DNA of 64,000 nucleotides, from assembly GCA_964016885.1 (NCBI GenBank), contig OZ024743.1, positions 363,320,001-363,384,000 of the forward strand, read 5' to 3'. Of the stretch, positions 1-13,090 are shown piece by piece; the first letter of the stretch is position 1, and every line of letters begins with the position of its first letter. The notes beneath the pieces were generated by a model. That model had not been told where the DNA came from and ran no database searches. It worked only from the letters and a program-made list of their open reading frames with translations. The stretch comes from Eledone cirrhosa. Its lineage: Eukaryota. Both the position numbers and the translations under genes were made by a program.

Positions 1-62
1 TAAAATCCATGTTACACTCTCCCTGTGTAACATCATTACCCTCTACTTACTCTTCAGGCTAT
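1..62 (-). ncRNA. 5' half of a hammerhead-ribozyme motif, running off the window start
   Basis: Minus strand reads AGC-CUGAAGA followed by a helix II hairpin AUGUUACAC/GUGUAACAU; the GAAA half would lie before position 1. Confidence 0.4.
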
Positions 63-92
63 AATATTCAATCTTGCTTTCTGCTAGTTAAA

Positions 93-130
<38 letters not shown>

Positions 131-193
131 GAGGTAGTACCATGAAATACTGGTGTTGATACCAATATGTAAGTGAAACTTCCTCGTTTTTTC

Positions 194-302
<109 letters not shown>

Positions 303-382
303 GTAAACAGAAATAACAACACAATTGGTATAGTATATGGAGGGAATATATTAGGTAATCGCTTGAAATAGCAGGAAGAGAG

Positions 383-418
383 TCTTAACGTTTCGGACGC
401 TAGTCTTTCACCAGGAGA
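383..418 (-). ncRNA. Minimal hammerhead motif, pLTR family A (core variant CUGGUGA)
   Basis: Minus strand CUGGUGA-A-AGAC-UAGC-GUCC-GAAACGUU-AAGA; same family at 12470, 44330 and 53655. Confidence 0.55.
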
Positions 419-589
419 AAGAATGAGAAATTAGATAGATTGAAGGAGAGAGTGGGGTGGAGCTGGAAAAAATGTTTTAGACAAAAATAACAAGTCCGTT
501 CATGATGCCATCTCTTGGAAAACTTTTGATGCTGGCGTTTTGTGTATGATGTAGTGGTTAATGGACCACGTGTGTACGTATGCATATTT

Positions 590-631
<42 letters not shown>

Positions 632-632
<1 letters not shown>

Positions 633-847
633 ACGAAGGAAATGTGGTAAGGAACCAGGTGGACCATAACGCACCAAAGTACTCAATACTTGGGGTAGTA
701 GAGTGGGTAATAGGAACCAGTAAGACCCCGACGGCTGAGCTCAAGCCGTTTCGACGGCTAATTCTGGACTAAAAAAAAAAAAAAAAAAAAAAGTCCAGAA
801 TTAGCCGTCGAAACGGCTTGAGCTCAGCCGTCGGAGTCTTACTGGTT

Positions 848-852
<5 letters not shown>
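632..852. mobile_element. Fold-back PLE pseudo-LTR remnant (family B) in (TA)n
   Basis: 61-bp inverted arms 710-770/792-852 around poly-A; the arm carries the hammerhead 3' half GAAA-CGGCU-UGAGCUC-AGCCG-UC; unpaired tail 632-709; flanked by (TA)n. Confidence 0.7.
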
Positions 853-930
<78 letters not shown>

Positions 931-1084
931 AGGGTGCGTGTGTATATATACATACATATAAGAAGGTGTTAATTAAATGAAAACCATAATCTTACAATTA
1001 ACCCCACCCACTCTACATATGCCATTCAAGCCAGTAACTAAATTTCGACACATCCAAATCTATACACCTGCCCACCCTGTAAAG

Positions 1085-4058
1085 AAAGGGTCGGCAACCC
1101 TCGGCTCGCGGGCCACATCCGGCCCTCGAATGATTTTTGTCCGGCCCGCCATCTTACACTGGACACTAATTATCTAATTAGTATCGAAAACAGATACAGT
1201 AGTTCACTTCAAGGTTGTGCCGACCTGATGCCCATCACAAATCGCTGCTCATACCGTATATATTTACAGATACCTTTGTAACATTATTATATTTTCCATT
1301 TATTATTATTTCCTCTTATCCATCTTTTTCTGGGCTTTCCACCAAGCATTATATCACCTGTATTATTATTTCCTGTGATTTCATGTATGTGTTTTTGTTC
1401 CAGTCAACAAACACAAATGTTGGCTGGAAGTATGCATTTTCGTCAGCGACTGAAAGGTATACTACCTTACGGTTCGTAGGACTCGCTTTTAAACCCATAT
1501 TGTCATTCAATAAAATCACTCGTGAATTATTGTCTTCGTTTTCCTGACCTTACCCCGGCACAAGGTAAAGCTGTCCTTGGAAAAATTACTTCGTTCCCTC
1601 CTCACCAGAGTATTTTCATTTGAGTTTGTTGTCTGGTGGTATAACAAATATACAGTGTGTATCTTTATTCGATAATAACCTTTATTTAATTATTTCTGAT
1701 AAATTGTGTGAATTATTATTATCAGAATTAGGCCAAAAGTGGTTTAAAAAAACAAGTGGCAACCCTCATCTAACAACGTCGTTAGAAACCTGGTTTTATA
1801 TAATTTATTCACAATTATCATATTTTATCGCATTACTGTGTTTGCATTTACATTTGTTTTCATTGTTTCTTATTTCTTTATTCTAATTATTATACTTTTT
1901 GTTCTTTTTCCTTTCCATAAATCTTTTTTGTTTGAACAAAAACAAGCCCATGGAAGCTAAGAAAAGAAAAGTGGATTTGGAGTGCCGAACTTTTAACGAT
2001 GACTCGAAACTTAGCTATTTTTTCATTGGGCACTTCGGAAAATGTGTTTGCTTAATTTGTCAAGAAACCATTGCCGTGAAGAAAGTTTCAAATATTAAAC
2101 GGCACTATGAAACTCGTCATAATGATTACAACAGTTTTACTGGAAAAGCACGAGTAAACGAAGTTGCACGGCTGAGAAATAATGTAACAAAGCAAACATC
2201 CTTTTTCACTAGGAAAGTTGAAGAAAGTGACCGAAACACTCGTGCTAGCTACCAGGTGTCAAAACTAATTGCAGAAAGGATGAAACCTTTTACTGATGGA
2301 AATTTCTTCAAAGAATTATTGTCGAAGGTAGCAGATGTTTGTCCAGAAAAAAAGGGAATTATTTTCTGCGATCAGCTTATCGGCAAGAACAGTAACAAGG
2401 CGAATTGAAGAGCTGGCAGCAAATGTCAGAAGTGGCTTGGGGGGCATTTTAGATAATCTGGAGTATTATTCCATTGCTATCGATGAAATCACAGATATGA
2501 AGGATACTTGTCAACCCGCAGTGTTTGTGATGTGTGTAAAACCAACATTTGATATTGTGGAAGAATTTGTACAATGGATTCCTATGAAGGACACTAGCAC
2601 TGGAGCAGATATTTTGGAAAGCATAATAAAATGGATTACCGAAATGAATCTGGATTTATCAAAGCTTTCTGAGGTAATCACAGATGGAGCACCAGTAATG
2701 GTTGGAGAGAAAAAGGGGTTTGTTGCATTGCTCCAAAACCATATTGATAAAAAATTAATCAAACTTCATTGCAATATTCATCAAGAAGTATTATGTGCGA
2801 AGTCACTGAATTTTAACGACATCATGGCAGTGGTCGTGAAAACAGTGAATTTTATACTGTCAAGAGGACTAAATCACCGCCAGTTTCAAGAATTTCTAAA
2901 ACAAATTGAAGCAGAGTATGGCGACCTTACATATTTTTCAAATGTTCGATGGCTTAGCCGCGGAAAAATGATAGAACGAGTATATGCATTGAGAGAAGAG
3001 ATTTCTATGTTTTTAGAGAGCAAAGCCCAAGATAATTCTTACTTTCAGGATCCACAGTGGGTTGTAAAGTTAGCTTTTTTAGTGGACATCACGATCCACA
3101 TGAACACTTTGAATCTTGAGCTTCAAGGAAAGAACAAGGTTGTATTTGAGATATTTGGTCAAATTACTGCTTTTGAGAGAAAATTTCGACTGTGGGAATC
3201 ACAATTTCAAAAAGGAAACTACTCTCATTTCCCAAGTCTCCAAAATCACAAGAGAGATATAATACCGGACATCTTTGTGAGCTCTATTAAGGATTTGAGA
3301 AGCGAGTTTTCCTCTCGTTTTGCTGACTTCCGGCAATATGGAACTCTATTTAAGTTATTTGGTACTCCTTACGAAACAGATGTGGAACAAGTGGCAGAAG
3401 AATATCAGTTGGAGTTAATTGACTTACAGTGCGACGAATCTTTGAAATCGAAATTTCAGTTCGAATCCACTGCTAAATTCTACAAGAAATATATATTGCT
3501 AAGCGGAAAATATAAAAACATCTTGACTAATACGAAACTGATGATATCATTATTTGGAAGTACATATGCTTGTGAACAACTTTTGTCCAAAATGAAATAT
3601 ACTAAAAGTCATTTAAGAACAAGGTTGCGTGACCACCACCTGGATAATGTTTTGCTCCTGTCATCGACAAATATTTCACCTGATGTGGAGAAGTTATCGC
3701 ACAATAAGCAGAAACAAGTGTCTCATTAAATCATTTACCATTTCTAACTCTATTTCGTTTGTAGCAAGGAATTTTCTTTTGTTTTTGTTGATTGTGATAG
3801 TAGTTGTTTTTCTGTTATTCCTGCAGTAAAATAAGGAATTTGCTTATTTTTGTTGAATGTGTTTGTAGATTTTTTTTTCTTTTTTTTTTTGTTATTCCTC
3901 CAGTAAAATAAGGGGCCTTGTTAAAATAAAATTATATTAAATTCCTTGTTTTGCTTTAAACCTCCAGAAAATTTATTTACATATTTTATAACATGGCCCT
4001 CCTCTATGACACTGCATAGCTGTTTGTCCCTCTCTTTCCAAAAGGTTGCCGACTCCTG
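1085..4058 (+). mobile_element. hAT DNA transposon, Charlie/SPIN-like (copy 1)
   Basis: TIRs aaagggtcggcaacc / ggttgccgactcctg; 8-bp TSD ctgtaaag (1077-1084) / gtgtaaag (4059-4066) with central TA; transposase inside. Confidence 0.93.
1950..3729 (+). pseudogene. hAT transposase (GTF2IRD2/EPM2AIP1/SPIN-like), one frameshift near 2345
   Basis: MEAKKRKV start, C2H2 BED-like finger CLIC...RHYETRH, SIAIDE, TDGAP, HCxxHQE, RWLSRG, FGSTYACEQ dimerization domain, QVSH end; ORFs 1899-2408 and 2335-3729 overlap out of frame. Confidence 0.9.
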
Positions 4059-4135
4059 GTGTAAAGCAACGACCAACCTGCTCTAATTACTTGTATCGGA
4101 GTCATGGACGTCATACACACATACACATACGCACC

Positions 4136-4280
<145 letters not shown>

Positions 4281-4573
4281 TATATATCATTTTACAAAGA
4301 CAATATAAGACAATATATAGGTGAAGATGTTACACACAGCTCAAAATAGAGTAATTCATTATAATATGCAAAACAAAAGACTTTGTATCACACACTTCTT
4401 AGAGAACTTTCCAAAAAATGTATGTATACAAACCTCTATTGTGTAAAAAGCAAAGTTTACACGAGAGGCAAATTATTCATTAAAAAAGACACCAAATACA
4501 TTAATACCTTAAATGCTGATTAACGATCGTTTCATCCCCTAAATTTATATATATATATATGTAAAAATTTATA

Positions 4574-4618
<45 letters not shown>

Positions 4619-4642
4619 TATACCTATATATATAAACATTTA

Positions 4643-4698
<56 letters not shown>

Positions 4699-5178
4699 AA
4701 TATATATAAATTTATATATATATATGCATATACATATATATATAAATTTATATATATATATACATATATATGTGAATAAATATAAATTTTTACATATATA
4801 TATATATTAGGATATATATATATATATACATATATATATAAATTTATATATACAGTATATATACATATATATAAATAAATATAAATGTTTAAATATATAT
4901 ATATTAGGATATATATATATATAAATTATATATATATACATTACAGATCAGAGCAAACAGCACGGACACTCTATCTCAAAATTATTTTTGAAAAGCATTT
5001 AGAAATGCGCAACCGGTAAAAACTTAAAAACTTAAAACCACAACTGAATACTAACCCATACAATCACTAATACTCTTTTATTCCTAATTAAACCATTTTT
5101 CAACTGTGAACAATTTGTCAGCATTTTCTATTCCGTTTACCAATATATAATAACTTGTGTGTTACACCTCTATTCTTT

Positions 5179-5229
<51 letters not shown>

Positions 5230-5427
5230 GTATATATATATATATATTTCGGTTTAGTAGTCAGTTACAAATATTAAGCTTTAAGAAAATACTTCTGAGC
5301 ATTACATTATAATTTTAAAAAATATATGATCAACACTACTGTGTTTTTTTTTGCAAAATGGCAATAATTTTTTAGCCAGATAGAAATACCTTAATTCAAG
5401 TACATATATATATATATATATATTCAA

Positions 5428-5483
<56 letters not shown>

Positions 5484-5486
5484 TTA

Positions 5487-5536
<50 letters not shown>

Positions 5537-5709
5537 AATAAACACAGTAAATAGACTGGTGAGCTAACAAGTCGGGTGAATTTAGGCTATTATTACTAGC
5601 CGTTTTACAATCCACCACGCCACTTGAAACAGCGAACACACGAGGTATTTAATTCCCTCGTGTTTATTTAGTTTACCTACTCTCATGAGTGTTTGTTGCA
5701 TATAATCTC

Positions 5710-5798
5710 ATCTCCCACTGAGGACTGCTTTCGGATTATTTGTTACAAACACAACTTTTCAGGGCGAAACAGATTAATCTCTAATCTGTCCGCGAGAT
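5710..5798 (+). ncRNA. Hammerhead motif with a long, non-palindromic helix III
   Basis: CUGAGGA (5718) ... GC-GAAA-CAGAUUA-aucuc-UAAUCUG-UC; helix I imperfect (AUCUC/GAGAU only). Confidence 0.55.
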
Positions 5799-6049
5799 AA
5801 TAGTTATTGAAACGGTCAGTACATTTTAATTTTATCTTGTATTTTCCGTTTGATTCAGAGTTTATATTCGTCAAACCAACGTGGTCTTGCTACCCTTGTA
5901 ATTCTAAACACACAATTTACTGTGTTTATTCCTTTATATATATATATTATAAAATGCTCAATATTTTTACTTTCAGCTTAATTATTACAGGGTATTATTG
6001 TGAGTGTATAACTCTACATTTTATTTGTATATATAAATTTATATATGTG

Positions 6050-6168
<119 letters not shown>

Positions 6169-6403
6169 CTAGGGCGGGTAAAATTCCCGAGATCCATGAA
6201 CGAGTTCTCTCCAGCGGTCTCTGTCTTTCATCATCGCTGCCATGTCCTGCGTCTCCAAGAGACTGGTGTCTGTATATTGCCAAATATACTATACATACAT
6301 TCATGTATACATCGCTATCTCAGAGCACCAATACTTATATATATATATAATATGTGTGTGCGTGTGTTTATATATATATGTGTCTGTGTCTATATATATA
6401 TAC

Positions 6404-6480
<77 letters not shown>

Positions 6481-6487
<7 letters not shown>

Positions 6488-6851
6488 TACTGTGCTTAAA
6501 CCTATTTAAAAGGGACCTGTTGGCATCTATCGTAATGCAAATTTCCTTGAAATAAAAGATGTTAAAAAATTGCATAACAAAAGTTTTTAAAATTATTTAG
6601 AATATCTAAATACAGAAAGTAATCAAGAAAATAATTGTTTCTACTTTTGGCACAAGGCCAGCAATTATCCCAGTGTATTACTGGTACTTTATTTTATTGA
6701 CCCCCGTAAGGATGAAAGGCAAAGTTAACCATGGCGGGATTTGAACTCAGAATAGCAAGGGCCGTAAGCAAGAAAATAATGGAAAATATATATTCTACGA
6801 AAATTATAAAGCATTTACAGAACTTCAGTATATAAAATGTTTTTAACTGTT

Positions 6852-6883
<32 letters not shown>

Positions 6884-8390
6884 TTTTTGTTTTTTGTCTT
6901 GTGTGCGTATATGAAGAGTTTGTGGGGGCTTCCTAGTCTGGAATAACCTACATACAATTGACCACATGAGAAACAACCCTCTTTTAGAGGGAGTACGACA
7001 ACATGCAGTGTTTGACCTGGGGACTTGTTAATGGTCATTGCGTAACTGACTCTCACTAGGAATTGCAATCGTTTGAAAGGAAAAGAGACATCTGTTGGTA
7101 TTAGGGGTATTCTAGATGTCTCCCTAGCCGCACCCATTGAGGATTTTGGCTTCGATAATGTGAGGCTGTAGTTCAATCACAATCATACATGCCCCATTGC
7201 ACAATCAAGGCTGATCCAGATCTCTGAGAAGCATGATGACTGTACCCTTCTTCAATTCATGCTGTGTGGCAGCATGCCGTTCGGTTTCTGACTGTTGAGA
7301 AATGGTGATGCTGTGAACAAGGATTGTTCTTTCGTTCAGCTACTCATCATGGAATGTTGGATTTCGAAATTGGGGAACACTTGATTAATTAACTTTACAA
7401 CGCTTTCTACAGCAGCAAATGGTTGTCAAAACATTCTTCAGTATCAAGGGATTGCTTTTATATAAATTTAAACGCCTGAGACATGCTTATCTGTAACTTT
7501 GAAAGATCCCTCACTCCCTGCCTCCGTTTTCGGAAAAAGGAGTTGTTGACGACTAGAAAAGAAAAAAATTCCCACAAAAGAAATCTCTGAGTTTTATTAT
7601 AATGGGTGGGTCAAACTTTCGTCCCCTTCACTAATGCTGATATATCGGCTGTGTTGGAAGTTGGACACCTCGTCGGATATATTTGATTTTTGTAGTGCAA
7701 ACATGGCAGCAAACATGCACACATAGTTTATAGGTTCCCCTCTAACCCCGACCCCATTCCGTTTTCGGGAAAAAAGATAATTGCGAGCATGTTGGACATC
7801 ACATTAGTTGAAAAGACGCGAAAAAAAAAAAATAGGAAAAAATTTGTTTACGATCCCCAGCGGGTGCTTTTCTATAAATTTAAAAGGCTGAGTTGAGTTC
7901 AACTGTAACTTCAAGGTTCCCTCTCCCACCCCACTTCCGTTTTTTGGAAAATGAGTCGTTGGCGAGTGAGACAGAATAATAACAACAATCACCTGTCTAT
8001 AGTCTGTGTTGCGTTGTTGGACATACAGAAATACACACATGCACGGAAATACGGTAGCGCACGCGCGCACACACACATACATACATACACACACACACAA
8101 CAGAAATACCTACATTACGTTTTAGTCACTTAGAGAGAGTGGGGGTTAGATTGAGTGAGGGCTATATATAGATGGCATGAAGGACAAACAGACAGTATCT
8201 ACGTCCTAGAAAGAGCAGTAAATTCTCCCCAACAGAACAACCCATTCCATTTTCGGAAAATAAGTTGACAACAAGCTTGTTGGGGGTCAGATTAGTTGAA
8301 AATACACGAAAAAACCTTAATTATTATCAAATTTATTTAGTGTTATTAACGGTCAGCGTCAAGCAAACAAATTTCCTTTATATATATATA
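6481..8390 (-). mobile_element. Non-autonomous Helitron with a PIF1 helicase remnant
   Basis: Minus-strand peptide IPLIPTD..FKRLQFLVRVSYAMTINKS.GQTL..CFS.GQLYV..SR (about 6920-7115); four internal ccgttttcggaaaa-type repeats (7524-8320); Helitron-like 5' end tatataaaggaaatttg near 8385; 3' region matches 32460-32981. Confidence 0.75.
6631..6766 (-). mobile_element. tRNA-derived SINE (family S1) inserted in the Helitron
   Basis: B-box gagttcaaatccc, core gcctttcatccttacgggg, 3' tail gtagaaacaattat. Confidence 0.85.
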
Positions 8391-8432
8391 TTGATGATTT
8401 CTAAAGAATGAAACAGTTCTAGTCCTGTAGAA
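8391..8432 (+). ncRNA. Degenerate hammerhead motif
   Basis: UUGAUGA-U-UUCU-AA-AGAA-U-GAAA-CAG...CUG-UA; C3 changed to U and helix I lost to (TA)n. Confidence 0.35.
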
Positions 8433-8497
8433 TCTCATCTATATTAAAATATTAAAACTTTTATACTCTGCAATGTATTGAGTACCTTACTTATATA

Positions 8498-8528
<31 letters not shown>

Positions 8529-8533
<5 letters not shown>

Positions 8534-8665
8534 AGTAAGTAAGACCCCGACGGCTGAGCTCAAGCCGTCGGGGTCTTACTTACTCCTATTACCCACTCTA
8601 CTACCCTAAGTATTGAGTACTTTGGTGCGTTATGGTCCACCTGGTTCCTTACCACTTTTCCTTCG

Positions 8666-8668
<3 letters not shown>
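8529..8668. mobile_element. Fold-back pLTR remnant (family B) pivoting on helix III
   Basis: Inverted arms 8529-8555/8563-8589 around gagctca; tail nearly identical to those of 632-852 and 59476-59688; in (TA)n. Confidence 0.7.
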
Positions 8669-8695
<27 letters not shown>

Positions 8696-8698
<3 letters not shown>

Positions 8699-8867
8699 AA
8701 GAGGGTGTGGCAAGATACCAGGTGTACCATAGCTCACCAGAGTACTCAATACTTAGGGTAGTATAGTCAATAGGAAAAGAGTCAGGACCCCGACGGCTGA
8801 GCTCCGGCTGTTTCGACAGCTAGATCCGAACTGTACGGAGCTCAGCCGTCGGGGACCTGACTCTTTT

Positions 8868-8872
<5 letters not shown>
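8696..8872. mobile_element. Fold-back pLTR remnant (family B variant)
   Basis: Inverted arms about 8770-8805/8836-8872; tail with agtactcaatact; flanked by (TA)n. Confidence 0.65.
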
Positions 8873-8927
<55 letters not shown>

Positions 8928-8969
8928 CGTGTGCGCGTGTGTGTGCGTGTGTGTGTGTGTGTGTGTGTA

Positions 8970-9343
8970 CTCTCAGGTCCCAAATAATAGGAGGCAATGA
9001 GTGAGGGCTGGAATGAGCGGGCGAATTAGAATAAGCTAGGAGGTAGGAAAATCAGTAATTTTTTTTGGTTGCTTCCCTTGATTTTTAAAAAACCAGAATT
9101 AATCATTTAGTTTACATATTGAAACCCCAACCCATCCAATTTATATTATAACGTAATGTTCTTTTTTTTTTGTCATGTATAATGTTTTTTGATGTCTAAA
9201 GAAAATTAATTATCGCAGGAATGCTACAACTTCGCCGGAGATAGATTATCAAAAATTAATAAGCGGGTATGGGGAGGGAATTGGAAGAAACTGAAACATT
9301 AATAAACGGTGGGGGAAGGGGCTGATTATTCGAGACCCGATAG
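8970..9343. mobile_element. MITE with TA flanks (Tc1/mariner-like)
   Basis: Imperfect TIRs ctctcaggtcccaaataa / ttattcgagacccgatag, each bordered by TA. Confidence 0.5.
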
Positions 9344-10242
9344 TAATTGTGTGTTGTTTTTCACCTGGATAGGTTTAGTTTTTCCATCTAATACTATGTG
9401 AAGGTAAAATATTTATTCATGTTTGTGTTAATTGTGGTGATATGCAGGTATGGGGGTGGGAGGGGTACTCTTAGTGGTGATTGTGGTTGCGGTGATGATG
9501 GTGGCAGTAGTGATAGCTATCAATGGGGTTGACTTATGATCAAAGTCATTTCAGCTGTGTCCATTCTGTCTCTGTTCTTCAGATAAATTATACTTAGTGC
9601 GCCATAATGCAGTATGTTCTTCCTTTTTTTATGACCACCTCTTCTCGTGCACAACCAAAGCCTATCTTCTATTTTAAGATATTAGGGTGTGAGTTGGAAC
9701 GAATTTGGTGGCTATTTTTTAGTATACCGAGCAACCACGTTAGGCTCTCTCGTTGGTGGAATTGATTGGGAGTGGACAGCCCCGAAGGCGACTAACCCTT
9801 AAATGGTAGTGAAGTTGATTGTAAACTTAAGGAAAAAGTTATTTATATTAAATAGATAGTAAAAGAAATATCAGAAACATCAACTAAGATAAGAAAAGCT
9901 TAAAATTGAGTGTGTTATAAAAACAAGTTCTGTTTCAAACATGAAATAATGAAACTAACATTTTAGAAGGAATTTGAAATAAAGTTGACACAAGAGATCT
10001 AGTGAAAAAATATAAAAGTTAACTTACTGATCGTTCCTTTTGTTTGGTGGTCATCGTCATAGTTTGATGTGGTGGTCACATAGATACCTCAGCTAGACAA
10101 CAGGCTTCTCTCTGTGTGATAATGTATGTATATAGTGTGGTATAGGGGAGTAGAGTGAAGCATAGTGGGATATAATGTGCTGTGTATTGTGTAGTGAGTA
10201 GTGTTTTATATAGTGTTATATAGAGTGGTATAGTGCAATATA

Positions 10243-10349
10243 TAATTGTTTCTACTTTTGGCACAAGGCCAGCAATTATCCCAGTGTATTACTGGTACTT
10301 TATTTTATCGACCCCGTAAGGATGAAAGGCAAAGTTAACCTCGGCGGGA
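10243..10349 (-). mobile_element. SINE S1, 5'-truncated
   Basis: Matches the S1 core and 3' tail. Confidence 0.85.
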
Positions 10350-12440
10350 GGTGCAATATATAATGTTATATATGGTGTAGTGTAGTATAGTGTAGCATAT
10401 AATGTTATATAGTGTAGTATTGAGTAATATATAGTGTTATATAGTGTGGCGCATAGAGTAGTGTGGTATATAATGTTGTATAGTGTGGTATATAGTGTTA
10501 TATAGTGTGGTATACAATGTAGTATAGTGTGATATATAGTGTAGTATATAGTGTAGTATAGTGTAGTATAGTTTAGCATGAGCTGTTTGAGTGCGGTGAG
10601 ATGGTCTGTGAGTAGTGATGGTAAGTATAATGGTCAGTGGAATAGCGTATATGTTGTAGTGTAATGTGATGTGTATGAAAATAAGAGAGAGTATGCATTT
10701 GTTGGTGTGTTGTATGTGGATATATAATCGTCATGATATTGTTTTATGTTGCGGTATTGAACAACAGGATGGTGTTTGTTATAGTATGGCCTGGTATGCT
10801 GTAGTGGAATTTGATACAGTGGATGTGGTTTGGTGTCGAGTATGGTATTGTGAGGTATAATGTGGCTGTTTGTGCTACAGTATAGTATAGGATAGTATAT
10901 GTATAGTATAGTATAGTATAGTATAGTATAGTATAGTATAGTATAGTATAATATAGTGTAGTATAGTGTAGTATAGTTTGTTGTTTTTGTTGTTGTTTAG
11001 CCCCAGGCCATCCTATAATCAAAGGTGGTCAAGCTGTAACAAAACCCATCTATATTTCGTGTGAGTATGAGTCCTTTATTAAATACTGTGTGGGTGATTT
11101 GAGTGACATTTGCTTACTATTTCTAGCAGGTCGAGATTCCCTCGTGTATTACATTGTATATTGTGGTATGGCTTGATAATGTGTGGTGTGGTATATTATT
11201 GTATTGTAGTGTATACTGAGGTATTGTTTGATATGGCACTGTGTGCTGTGGTTTAAAGGTGTATTGTCTGGTGTGTTGTGGTGGTCAATAATCTTAGCTA
11301 TTACAGCCCCTATAAAATGAGAGTGGGGGGGGGGGGGGGCAATATATTAAGGGGAGAGGAGGGAATTGTGGTTCGGAGTATGTGTTGTAGTGTACATCTA
11401 TCTATCTATCTATCTATCTATCGATCAGTCTGTCTGTTTGTCTATCTATCTATCTATCTACCTCTATACGTGTGCATGTGAAATTATGTATGTATGTATG
11501 TATGTATGGATGTATGGATGGATGGATGTATGTATGGATGGATGGATGGATTTATGTATGTATGTATCTATGTATGTACGTAATATGATTGTAATATGTG
11601 TGTATGTATGTGTGTGTAAGAGTTAGTGATCTCAGACAATTGTGTTTACTGTCTTCTCTTAGTGGGAGATCGCATGTGTTGTGATGTGGAGTGTAGAGTG
11701 TGTGTACACGTGTGTGTTTAAGCGTGCATGTGTATATGTGTGTAAGTGCTGAAGGTCTGTGTATGTATATATGCATATGAGTACGTTCGTGTGCTAACAT
11801 GTGTGTATATGTGTGTAAGTGCTGAATGTCTGTGTATGTATATATGCATATGAGTACGTTCGTGTGCTAACATGTGTGTATAAGTGTGTGAGAGAGAGAG
11901 CAGGGACTGTATATGATGAAGTGAACATATATGTGTGTATATGTGAGGGCGCATATGTGAATATATCTGTAGTCGGGTATATGAGTGTATGTGTCTATGT
12001 ATGTGTACATATGTGTATGTATGCGCACGTACATGTAGATATAGGTGGGCGTGTCAATGAGTGTGTGTATGTATGTGTGTATATCTGTATGTGTGTGTGC
12101 TTATCAACGTTTGTGTGTGTATGTATGTGTGTATATGTGTATGTATGTATGTGTGTGTGTGTGCATGTATGTGTGTGTATGTGTATGTGTGTGTGTGTGT
12201 GTACTTCAGCCGTTCGTCTCTTCCGTCACTTATTTTAAATCCCAGCCCACCTGAGTTTTTTTACTTTTTACTTGTTTTTTTCTGTCTCTGTCTCACTTGC
12301 TTACTTTCATCCCCCCCCCCCCTCTCTCTCTCTCTTTCTCTCTCACACTCACTCTTTCTCTTCTCTCTCCCTCTCACTCTCCACCCATCTCTCTCACTCT
12401 CCCCTCTCTCTCTCACTATTTCCCCCTCTCTCTCTCTCTC
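10350..12440. repeat. Degenerate microsatellite field: (TAGTG/TAGTA)n, (TCTA)n, (ATGG)n, (TG)n, (CT)n
   Basis: Direct reading; includes a roughly 72-bp tandem duplication at about 11725-11890. Confidence 0.85.
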
Positions 12441-12469
12441 TCTCTATTTCCTATTTATTTCTCAGTCTA

Positions 12470-12505
12470 TTTTCTGATGAAGGACTGGTGTTCGAAACGT
12501 TAAGG
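12470..12505 (+). ncRNA. Minimal hammerhead motif, pLTR family A (intact core)
   Basis: UUUU-CUGAUGA-A-GGAC-UGGU-GUUC-GAAACGUU-AAGG; palindromic helix III ACGU. Confidence 0.65.
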
Positions 12506-12592
12506 TTCTTTTCTTACTATATCAAGTGTTAAACTAATATATTTCTTCATTGTACTGTGTCGTTTGCTTTGTTATTTCTGTTTAATATTTGC

Positions 12593-12623
<31 letters not shown>

Positions 12624-12637
12624 CGTGTTTATATGTA

Positions 12638-12688
<51 letters not shown>

Positions 12689-12733
12689 TTCCTGTGTATG
12701 CCCATCTAATGATCTAATGTTATATATTTTACA

Positions 12734-12924
12734 ACGGTGGATTGACAGTATTGGTAGAGGGTCGGGCGCCATGCTTTGCAGCATAGAGTTACGGCCCTTA
12801 ACGGTCTGAGTTCAAATCCCGCCGAGGTTAACTTTGCCTTTCATCCTTGCAGGGTCGATAAAATAAAGTACCAGTAATACACTGGGATAATTGCTGGCCT
12901 TGTGCCAAAAGTAGAAACAGTTAT
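12734..12924 (+). mobile_element. SINE S1, full length
   Basis: A-box-like ggtggattgacagtattggtag, B-box gagttcaaatccc, core and tail. Confidence 0.88.
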
Positions 12925-12944
12925 ATATTGTACAACAAAAATGA

Positions 12945-12979
12945 TAGCAGCAGTAGTAGTAGTAGTGGTAGTAGTAGTC

Positions 12980-13034
<55 letters not shown>

Positions 13035-13090
13035 CAGCAGTAGCTGCAGTAGCAGTAGTAGTAGTTGTAGTAGTAGTAGTAGTAGTAGTA
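12945..13090. repeat. (TAG/CAG)n microsatellite
   Basis: Direct reading. Confidence 0.95.

Noticed and set aside
1950-3729. Domesticated GTF2IRD2/EPM2AIP1 host gene
   Set aside because: TIRs, TSD, a frameshift and a second copy show that it is a transposon.
12734-12830. tRNA genes at SINE heads
   Set aside because: A and B boxes only, no cloverleaf; dispersed copies with TSDs identify them as SINEs.
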